Shown here: piece by piece, positions 54,790 through 64,000 of the stretch
Numbering within the stretch: position 1 is the stretch's first letter
Layout of the letters: every line of letters starts with the position of its first letter
DNA from: Leucoraja erinacea
Lineage: Eukaryota
DNA: 64,000 bases
NCBI RefSeq assembly: GCF_028641065.1
Contig: NC_073398.1
Span: forward strand, 18,786,001-18,850,000
Direction: 5' to 3'
The notes under the pieces: model-generated
Database searches by the model: none
Told to the model about the DNA's origin: nothing
The model's input: the letters and a program-made list of their open reading frames with translations, nothing else
Made by a program: the position numbers and the translations under genes

Positions 54790-55135
54790 ACAAGTTCACA
54801 AGTTATGCGAGTAGAATTAGGCCATTCGGCCCATCGAGTCTACTCCGCCATTCAATCATGTCTGATCTCTGCCTCCTAATCCCATTTTCCTACCTTCTCC
54901 GCATAACCCTTGACACCCGTTCCAATCAAGAATTTGTCTATCTCTGCCTTAAAAACATACAGTGACTTGGCCTCCACAGCCCTCTGTGGTAAGGTTCCAC
55001 AGATTAACTGCCCTCTGACTAAAGAAATTCTTCCTCACCTCCTTTCTAAAAGAGCACCCTTTAATTCTGAGGCTATGACCTCTGGCCCTAGACTCTCCCA
55101 CAAGTGGAAACATCCTTTCCACATCCACTCTATCT
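54790..55135 (-). mobile_element. CR1 LINE 3' end
   Basis: Similar to 62966-63280. Confidence 0.8.
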
Positions 55136-55366
55136 ATTTGACCTCAAACCTCACCTATTCCTTTTCTCCAGAGATGCTATCTGACCCCTAACTGATAGGG
55201 GTTTCAATCCAAAGAAACGGGTTGTCATCAGCTGATAGCAGCTCAAGCAAGGGAGCTCAGTGAGAGATTGTTGCAAATCCTTGGATTTCTGGACATTGGT
55301 TGAGAGGTTGGCAAGGCGCCTGAATCACCAGTGTCCTGAAGGGAACAACCTTTTCTTTCCCAAGGG

Positions 55367-55530
55367 GACACAAAGTGCTGGGGTAACTCAGCAGGTCAGG
55401 CAGAATCTCCGGAGAACATGGGTAAATGAGGTTTCAGGTCAAGAGCCTTCTTCAGTCACAACCTGCTGAGTTACTCCAGCACTTTGTGTTCTTTTGGTGT
55501 ATTGACCAGCATCTGCAGTTCTTTCTTTCC
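55367..55530. mobile_element. Penelope pLTR inverted pair, degenerate hammerhead 55428-55455 (-)
   Basis: ACACAAAGTGCTGG..AACTCAGCAGG / CCTGCTGAGTTACTCCAGCACTTTGTGT. Confidence 0.75.
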
Positions 55531-56400
55531 ACGACGGTTCTTTCTCATTGCTGGTCTGCCCTGCTCTGTGCTGAGACACAATTCTCCCACCAATTTGAGG
55601 CTGAAGCACTTGCGATCTGATGGAAATCTCTCGCTACTTTGTCCCCGAGCCTACCTAAAGCCAGTCTCACTGCACATCAGTAAACATTTGATGTTATCGT
55701 GGGAATATTTTTAATGGATTCCACCCAAGGCGTAGTCTCATGCACACTGCATAATTGCTTTTCAGAAATATCATTGTTTCAGAGAAAGCATTCTCTATTT
55801 CGACGGTGGGTATGAATCAAGGGCCCTCACATAGGAGGCACTTATCTGGACAATGTCTTCAAATGAGTCATTGCACATCTGAAGCGGACACATCAGTAAA
55901 TTATCAGGAAAGTCTGGATCCTTTTCATCAAAGAGCCATGTCTCTGATAAATACTTAAGTTATAATGTGATCACAATCACTCCAGGTCATATCTAATCTT
56001 CCAAATGAGAGCGCAGGTATCTCTGGCAGAAACTGATATTATTTGTCATGTCGCGAAAACATTAGATTTCAACTCAACCTTGCCTAGGGCATTTTAATCG
56101 TGTATTAATAATACAGCACACAAGATGGGAGTTGAGAAGTAATCTACTGAAATTGAAAATTCTATTTTGGTTGATTCCACTGTTTTATTGTGACTATCAT
56201 AAGCACAAAATTAAGTATCTGCATGTTGACATCAAATAATATTTAGACTGCTTTTATATTTTTCTCCCCTAATGTAACATACAATACTAGCCCCAGTTAT
56301 GCATGATGAGCTGCAAAATCTAATGTTAAGCATTGCAGCATTGAAACATGGGATATATTCAGCACCCATTACCATCATGGTTGCAACATATATACGGAAA

Positions 56401-57158
56401 CTAGACTAAGTGGGACCCGTTGGGTCCCATGTTCACACAGGAGGGCTGGTCCCCCAATGCAATATTCCACCTCGCCACCAATTCCAATATTGGTGGCCAG
56501 TGGTGTGAGGCTTTCAGGAGCGCTAGTATAGGTGTTGTGGGCCGAAGGGACTGGTTCCAGAGGGCTAGTATGAACATTGTGGGCCGAATTCCATTTCAAG
56601 TAGAGTGCAGGCCACCACGTTCAATTTCACAGCATTTCAAGCAGAGTTCAGGCCACCATGTCCATTTTCGCAGCACTTCAAGCAGAGTGCAGGCCACCAC
56701 ATCCTATTTCACAGCACTTCAAGTAGAGTGCAGGCCACCACATCCTATTTCACAGCACTTCAAGCAGAGAGCGGGCCGCCGCATCCCATTTCACAGCACT
56801 TCAAGCAGAGTGCGGGCCGCCGCATCCCATTTCACAGCACTTCATGCAGAGTGCAGGCCACCACATCCCATTTCACAGCACTTCAGGCAGAGTGCGGGCC
56901 ACCGCATCTAATTTCACAGCATTTCAAGCAGAGTGCGGGCCACCTCATCCAATTTCACAGCATTTCAAGCAGAGTGTAGGTCCCCAAATTGCCAAACAAC
57001 TCATTGTATTGTCATTAAGTGCTAACAAGTGATTTATTTAAATACATTGCAGACTCACAGTTCAGTTGATTCACAGCTTAAAATGACAGTCGTGGCCTCT
57101 CCCTTGCGATCTTGCAGAGTGACTGACTCACGTCTAGGCATCCAGGGTTTTATAGTCT
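56401..57158 (-). mobile_element. Non-autonomous Helitron, 3' end intact, 5' end replaced by a Penelope pLTR
   Basis: Hairpin TGGGACCC-GTT-GGGTCCCA (56411-56429) then CTAG|T on minus strand. Confidence 0.88.
56592..56985. repeat. 41-bp minisatellite, ~9.5 units, inside Helitron
   Basis: Unit CACTTCAAGCAGAGTGCAGGCCACCACATCCYATTTCACAG at 56592, 56633, 56674 and onward. Confidence 0.95.
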
Positions 57159-57290
57159 CAGTCTGAAGAAGAGTCTCAACCCAAAACGCCACCCATTCCT
57201 TCTCTCCAGAGATGCTGCTTGTCCCGCTGAGTTACTCCAGCATTTTGTGTCTATCTTCAGTGTAAACCAGCATCTGCAGTTCCGTCCTAC
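57159..57290 (+). mobile_element. Penelope pLTR, degenerate hammerhead 57163-57190
   Basis: Family motifs. Confidence 0.8.
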
Positions 57291-57691
57291 GCATCAGCTG
57301 CTTTGGCCAGGCGCACCTTTCACGCAATACATGACCTAAGCTCAGTGAGGGAATAGTTACATATAATGCCTAATAACCAATTATGTTAAGCTGTCCCATG
57401 CTGGGGTTGAATCAATTGTCTCTATATTCAAACAACTAATTAAACACAACAGTTAGACACAATGGCCTTGTAACTTAGTTACTCGCATATTGCATGCTGT
57501 CAATTTCACTTACCATGTTCCTTAACCTCACGAACAGTTAGACAGTTTGGATTGTGTACTACAGGAAGATTACATGTTTAATTGAAAACTCACCAGCCCA
57601 GAACTACACTTTTTTCCGAAATAATGGCACGTGAGAGCTGCACATACTTATTGATGGCCGCCTTGTAGAAAAGATCAGATTGTCATAAATT

Positions 57692-57799
57692 CTTCAATCT
57701 GAAGAAGGGTCTCGACCCGAAACGTCACCCATTCCTATTCCTTCGCTCCATAGACGCTACCTCACCTGCTGAGTTTCTCCACAATTTTTGTCCAACTTC
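57692..57799 (+). mobile_element. 108-bp Penelope pLTR mini insertion with 10-bp TSD
   Basis: GTCATAAATT at 57682-57691 and 57800-57809. Confidence 0.85.
57699..57726 (+). ncRNA. Minimal type I hammerhead ribozyme motif (best-preserved copy)
   Basis: CTGAAGA-A-GGGT(CTCG)ACCC-GAAAC-GTC: core boxes, 4-bp stem II, palindromic ACGT helix III. Confidence 0.7.
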
Positions 57800-58217
57800 G
57801 TCATAAATTAGAAGCTAGTTTGATAATCCATTCGTTGACATTTCACATCTAGCTTTGCAAAGTAGCTTGCCATTAAACTTGCCAAGGATTTCAGTTAAGT
57901 TGATTGTCACGAATGCTCTGAAAATCTTTTGTTGCGTGCCAACCAGTCAGCGGAAAGACAATACACAGTTCAATACAATCGAGTCTTCACAGTGTAGATA
58001 GCTACATGGTAAGGGATTTCCACAATTACTATATTTTTAATATTATTTGTCCTATTAACTGAACACAGATTGGCATATCAATGAATCAACAATGCAAGTA
58101 TCCTTTAAATAATTAATAATTGTTAACCACTGTTGAATCATCTTCCTGGCCCAGAAAGTAAAGAACGGTCTGTGGTAAGTATACAACCTCCAGAGATGTT
58201 GGCTGACTCGCTGAGTT

Positions 58218-58608
58218 AGGAGGATGAGAAGGGATCTTATTGAAACATATAAGATTATTTAGGGTTTGGACACGCTAGAGGCAAGAAACATGTTCCTGAT
58301 GTTGTGGGAGCCCAAAACCAGGGGCAACAATTTAAGAATAAGGGGTAAGCCAGTTAGAACAGAGAAGAGGAAAAACGTTTTCACACAGAGAGATGTGAGT
58401 GTGGAATTCTCTGCCTCAGAGGGCAGTGGAGGCTGGTTCTCTGGATGCTTTCAAGAGAGAGCTAGACAGAGCACAAAGATAGCGGAGTTAAGGGATCTGG
58501 GGAGAAGACAGAACAGGGTACTGTTTGTGGATGATCAGCCATGATCACATTGAATGGCGGTGCTGGCTCGAAGGGCCAAATGGCCTACTCCTGCACCTAT
58601 TATCTATT
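58218..58608 (+). mobile_element. CR1 LINE 3' fragment
   Basis: KTRGNNLRIRGKPVRTEKRKNVFTQR motif and 3'UTR. Confidence 0.85.
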
Positions 58609-59656
58609 GTTACTCTGGAGATCTTAAAAATTGTTAAATGCCAAATTGAAAACAAATTTATTTTTCTTCATCTTTTTGTATTTTTTTATTTTTCTCAATT
58701 TTTTTGTTTTGTTTTGTACACAATGTGGCATTGAGTTCATCTGTTGAAATGTACTTCTTTCACTCTTTCCCAGGGCTAGTTTCTAAACTTTAAATCTTAT
58801 TGGTGAAGGAAACACATCATTTCAGATATTGCTTCTCAAGATCAGAGGTTTCCTTTCTCCCCTGCATACATTCCATACAGGGAGTGGTTCTGTGAAGAGA
58901 AAACATTTGTATAAACTGAAGGATTAGTGTAATTAATAAGATTGCAATTGGAGTGACTCTTTCAGCAAGTGCACTGGGTGTCTGTTTCTCATTCAGGTCC
59001 TGGACCCCAACAAAACATGGCAGATCCGCAGAGGAGAACACAATCTTCCTGATGCCAAGGTTTTGCCTGATCCCTGCTGATAGTTTGTAGTACTCCTTGA
59101 TGATATTCAGCTGGTAATGCAACTTAGTTTAGTTTAGTTTTGTTTAGCTTATCGTCACGTGTACCAAGGTACAGTGAAAAACTCTTGTTGTGTGCTATTC
59201 AGACAGCAGAAAGCCAATACATTTTTACAATCAATCTATTTACAATGTATAGATACATGTTAAGGGAATAAGTGCAAGGTACAGCTAGCAAATTCAGATG
59301 AAGGATACTCCGAGGGTGACAAAAGAGGTAAATAGTAGTTCAACACTGCCCACTGGTGTTGGTAGAATGATTCACTGACTTTGAATGAATGATTGAATAC
59401 TTTATATTTTACTAGACTAAGTGGGAACCGTTGGGTCCCATGTTCACACGGGAGGGCTGGTCCCCCGACGCAATATTCCACCTCTCCACCAATTCCAATA
59501 TTGATGGCCAGTGGGGGGGGGGGGGGGGGGGGGGGGCTTTCTGGAGTGCTGGTATGGGTTCTTGGGGTGGCAGCTCAGTCTCTCAAGCCTGACCTGCTGG
59601 CAGCTCACTCACAGCTGGTGGGCTGGCAGTTGACTCATGACTATTCCTTAAAATTC

Positions 59657-60003
59657 CATTTCAAGCAGGGTGCAAGTCCACCAAATTCAAATCCATGTTC
59701 CTACCATTTCAAGCAGGGTTCAAGGCCACCAAATTCAAGTGCAGTTTCTTACCACTATGAGCAGGGTGCAAGGCCACCGAATTCAAGTGCAGTTTCCAAC
59801 CACTTCAAGCAGGGTGCAAGGCCACCAAATTCAAGTGCAGCTTCATGCCACCAAGCTGGATTCAAGGCCACCAAATACAAGTGCAGTTTCATACCACTTT
59901 CAGCAGGGTGCAAGGCCACCAAATTCAGTGTAGTTTTATTCCACTTCAAGTAGGGTCCAAGGCCACCAAATTCAAAGGCAGCTTCATACCATTTCATGCA
60001 GGG
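59657..60003. repeat. 48-bp minisatellite, ~7 units
   Basis: Unit CATTTCAAGCAGGGTGCAAGGCCACCAAATTCAAGTGCAGTTTCATAC. Confidence 0.92.
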
Positions 60004-60375
60004 TGAAACCACCATAAAACCAAACAAAACACCAAACTCACAGTTCAGTAGACATTCAGTGTGTTCAGTTGATTCACAGCTCAGACAGAGTCATGACCTC
60101 TCCCTCCCCCATCATGCAGAGACTGAGCCACACCATACTTCCAGGTTTTATAACCCCTCCCCCTCCCACCTGAAAAGCTGTGGCTTTCAGGGCGTGATTG
60201 AAAGGAGAGAGATTCTCAACATTTTTTAATCACTAATAACACTTTTATTTTTCATTGATGGGAAGAATTCTCTGCAACTGCTCAGCAGAGGGGCGACTGA
60301 GTAAGATGGCCAAAAATCAGTCGTAAGTGTAGCGTTTTATCTAAAATCAATATACAGTGCAAACAGGAAGTAAGT

Positions 60376-60920
60376 GCATTTGCAGTAGTGCCTTTTAACT
60401 TCAACCCAAAGCAACCAAGCCGCCATTTGCAGTAAGTAGTGCCTTTCAACTTCAAGCCAAAGCACCCAAAACAACCATTTGCAGGCAATGCCTTTTTACT
60501 TAAAAAAAAAAACATATTTTCATTTTCAAACCACATTAAGGGTACGCACAGTTGTGTAGACATTTGTTCAGTGTCATTCAGAGCTCAGAGAGACATGACC
60601 CTTGGCTTCATCCATCTTGCAGAGAGTGAGTGAGGCACACCACTTCCTGGTTTTATAGTCCCTCCCCTCCCTCCAGCAGGTGCAGCAGAGAGAATGGTGA
60701 TTTTTTTTAAACTTCAAGCCAAAGCTCCCAAGCCACCATTTGCAGTAAGTAGTGCATTTTGAACTTCAAACCAAAGCTCCCAAGCCACCATTTGCAGTAA
60801 ATAGTGCATTTCAACTTCAAGCCAAAGCACCCAAGCCACCATTTGCAGTAAGTAGTGCCTTTCAACTTCAAGCCAAACATCCATACAACCATTTGCAGGC
60901 AGTGCCTTTTTACTTCAAAC
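60376..60920. repeat. ~51-bp minisatellite in two blocks (60376-60500, 60710-60920)
   Basis: Unit CATTTGCAGTAAGTAGTGCCTTTCAACTTCAAGCCAAAGCACCCAAGCCAC. Confidence 0.9.
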
Positions 60921-60955
60921 AAACCATATTTTCATTTTCAAACCACATTAAGGGT

Positions 60956-61069
60956 ACTCACAGTTGTGTAGACATTTGTTCAGTTTTATTCAGAGCTCAG
61001 CAAGACGTGACCCTTGGCTTCATCCATCTTGCAGAGAGTGAGTGAGGCACACCACTTCCTGGTTTTATA
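60956..61069 (-). promoter_or_regulatory. Helitron-borne TATA-Inr-exon-donor cassette (representative copy)
   Basis: TATAAAA starting 61069, CAGGAAGT, Inr TCACTCT with A at 61039, CAAGATGG, GTGAGT 60961-60956; motif inference only. Confidence 0.55.
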
Positions 61070-62112
61070 GTCCCTCCCCCTCCCTCCAGCAAGGGCAGCA
61101 GAGAGAATGATTTAAAAAAAAAACATTAATATCTCTCTGATTTGTCATCGATGGGAAAAATCCTCCGCACCCGTAAGGCGGAGTGGGGCTCTGGGTGAGG
61201 TGGCCAAAAATGACAGCCGTAGGTGGCGGCGTTCTGTACAAAATCGCAGCACAGTAGGCCAAAAGGTGTAGCCTCGTGGGCTTCATCGACTCACGAGGCT
61301 ACACCTCCAACCCATGAGGCCTTGAGTCAACTATTCAGGTGATGCATCTACAAGGATTCCAATGCTGCAATGAAGTATTCGAACTAATGATCCCAACAGA
61401 ACATACACTGATGATGGGCGAGCTGGTTAGTTGTGATTAAATGTCACTTACTAGCAACAGTGATGATAATTCCATCACTTGGCTGATGACTGGGACCGGA
61501 CTAATTATTTTGGATGGATTTGTGCTGCTTAATTTATTGTTTTTAATTTGCTTCCATTAGGTTAATTAGGTAGTATTTTAAATTGTATTAGTTCATCTGA
61601 TGAGACTAGTTAGCAGTTTCAACTTCTGTAGCAGCACAGGTTTCATAGAATTGGTGCATGTTCGAAATGCAAACATTGTCAGGGTGACCTTTTGTGTCAA
61701 GCATGTAGCTAACAAGTCAAAACAGCTTTGTCAATCCAACAAATTGTAACTAACGGCAAAATAATCAATATTGAAATAATTATTTCTTTCTTGACAATGC
61801 TCCACAAGCTCACAATATCTGTTGTCTCGCTAATGAATAGAATGAGCAGGAAATTGTCCTCAGGAGAAGCCTGGACAGCGTTTGCTGCATTGACATTAGG
61901 AGAGATGTACCATTTGCCCTGTGACTACCCGGATCAGACTCTTAGCTCCGGCCTCGCTCCCAGCACAGCCTTCCGCATGACATCCACTTGTGTGCGGAAG
62001 AGTGAGAAGGGACTCGGTTGCAACATACAAGAATCCCAGCAGCTGATGTTTCTTTCCTGTGGGAGAATTTTGAATGCGGAATCGCTACTTAAAAATAAGG
62101 TATTGCCAATTG

Positions 62113-62444
62113 TAGCACTGTGGTGCAGTGGCAGAGTTGCTGCCTTACAACGCTTGCAGCACCAGAGACGTGCATTCGATCCCGACTTTAGGTGCTGTCT
62201 GTATGGAGTTTGTACCTTCTCCCCTTGATCGCGTTGGTTTTGTACAAGATCTTCAGTTTCCTCCCACACCCCAAAAACGTACGGATTTTTAGATTAATTG
62301 GCTTGGGTTTGTATACTCGGTATATGTAAATTGTCCCTAGTGTGTGTAGGATGGTGTTAATGTGCGGGGATCGCTGGTCCGCAAGGACTCAGTGCGCTGA
62401 AGGGCCTGTTTCCACGCTGTATCTCTAAACAAAACTAAACTAAA
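62113..62444 (+). mobile_element. HE1-like V-SINE
   Basis: Head, V core, tail. Confidence 0.88.
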
Positions 62445-62965
62445 GAAGGATTTATTTTCTCTTGGATGATCATGAGCCTTTGGAAACTCTCTTCTCAAAT
62501 GGGTGGTGGAAGCAGATTTTTCATTATTTTTAAGCCACAGACAGGGACATTTTTTGTTAGCAGGGGCTGAAAGGTTCAGGTGACCTGAGGAGAATGCAGA
62601 GCTGACATTACAGTCCCAATCTTGTTGAATGGCAGATCAAGGTTGAGGGACTGAACAATAGGCTTCTAATTCGTCTGTTTAAATGTGGAAAATGAGGTTA
62701 TGGACTTCTCAATGAAGCTCCTTATTACCGAGTACCGTGGAGGTCCATCTGTTCCTGACTCCCTATCTCTCAAAACGTATTGTCTTGTTGTTGCTTTGTA
62801 GTTGCCTTATCCATGGCGAATGGTGGCTAGGCTGGGCCAAATAAGCTGTTGTGAGGGAGTCAAGGATGCCCATATCTCGAACAGCCTGGGCATATTGACC
62901 ACAAGCAAAAGGTATTCCTGGATTGAAAGCTCCCCCTGTCTCGAGGAAAAATAAATATTTTGACA

Positions 62966-63610
62966 GGTCATAAGGTCATGTGACAGGGGTTGAATTAGGC
63001 CATTCGGCCCATCAAGTCTACTCCGCCATTTAATCATGGCTGATCTATCTCTCCCTCCTAACCTGACACCCATACTAATCAAGAATCTATCTATCTCTAC
63101 CTTAAATATCCACCAATGGCCTCCACAGCCTCCTATGGCAAAGAATTCCACAGATTCACCACCCTCTGGCTAAATAAATTTAGTCTCATCTCCTTCCTAA
63201 AAGAAGGTCCTTTAATTCTGAGGTTGTGACCTCTAGTTCTAGACTCTACCACTAGTGGAAACATCCTCTCCATTCTATCCAAGCCTTTCACTATTCTGTG
63301 TGTTTCAATGAGATTCTTCTTGAGATTCAATGAGATTCCTCATTCTTTGAAACTCAAGCGATTACAGGCCCAGTGCCGACAAACGCTCATCATAGGTTAA
63401 CCTGCTAATTCCTAGGATCATTCTTGTAAACCTCCTCTGGACCCTCTCCAGATCCACCACAACTGTCCTCAGATATGGTGTCCAAAATTGCTTACAATAT
63501 TCCAAATGCGGCCTGCCCAGCGCTTTATAGAGTTTCAGCATAAATCCCTGTTTTTGTATACAAGCCCCCTTGAAATAAATGCTAGCATTGAATTTGCTTT
63601 CTTTACTTCT
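62966..63610 (-). mobile_element. CR1 LINE 3' fragment
   Basis: LYKALGRPHLEYCKQFWTPY..LERVQRRFTRMI; TRGHNLRIKG..FSQRVVNLWNSLP. Confidence 0.92.
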
Positions 63611-64000
63611 TGAAAGCTCCAATCAAACAGAAATCCAGTGATCTTAGGTGTGGGATAAAAGTAGTATTGGAGAGCCAGCAGGTTTCTCATTGTCGTGGGA
63701 ACAATATACAGGGGCCTCGTCAGACACAAGACTTCATCCCATTACATTCCAAGTGGAGAGACAAGGTTATGAATAACATAGATGTAGACAATATCCAATG
63801 GATGATTGACACTTCACAGACCTCTTCAACCGTAATTCAAGCCTCGAAAACTAAAACATAATTATAAAATACAAAAGAAAGATAGCATGCAATGCCCTTT
63901 ACATTCTTAGCATCATTCAGGTCTATGCATTCTGTATTGCAGGTTCTATACATAATAGTGTAAGCATCTCTCTCTTATATGTACAGTAAACATTACCACT

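Larger units (their letters stand above)
59412..61265 (-). mobile_element. Composite non-autonomous Helitron (stacked modules)
   Basis: Hairpin+CTAG|T 3' end at 59412; 5'-type segments at 60225-60370 and 61110-61260; duplicated 60515-60700 / 60926-61110. Confidence 0.82.

Noticed and set aside
56420-57032. Long repetitive ORFs and a CRISPR-like look of the 41-bp array
   Set aside because: Contiguous tandem units with no unique spacers, no cas genes, eukaryotic context; ORFs are by-products of the repeat
58998-59113. Possible plus-strand exon after TTTCTCATTCAG
   Set aside because: Stops in all frames and a weak donor
63610-63850. Faint Penelope RT-like peptide (PLYIVP..LLALQYYF)
   Set aside because: Too degenerate to call without a search

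Overview
Eukaryotic, repeat-dense non-coding DNA. The repeat repertoire (HE1/V-SINE-like tRNA SINEs, HER1/CR1 LINE ends, Rex1/Babar and RTE LINEs, Neptune-type Penelope) points to a cartilaginous fish, probably a skate or ray (inference). No host protein-coding exon could be supported: all recognisable ORFs are decayed transposon proteins, so this is probably a long intron or intergenic region. Main structures: (1) a terminally intact but coding-dead ~5.1 kb DIRS tyrosine-recombinase retrotransposon (31804-36934) with ITRs, an ICR and a readable AT integration junction; (2) a non-autonomous Helitron family whose copies carry a repeated TATA-Inr-short exon-GTGAGT cassette in front of subfamily-specific 41/48/51-bp minisatellites; (3) about 11 Penelope-derived minimal hammerhead-ribozyme motifs, several as ~100-220 bp stand-alone insertions with TSDs, plus a perfect 114-bp palindrome; (4) a GC-rich non-autonomous retroposon family with a conserved 3' stem-loop; (5) Harbinger-type MITEs. 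All coordinates were read by eye; the boundaries of old repeats are approximate.
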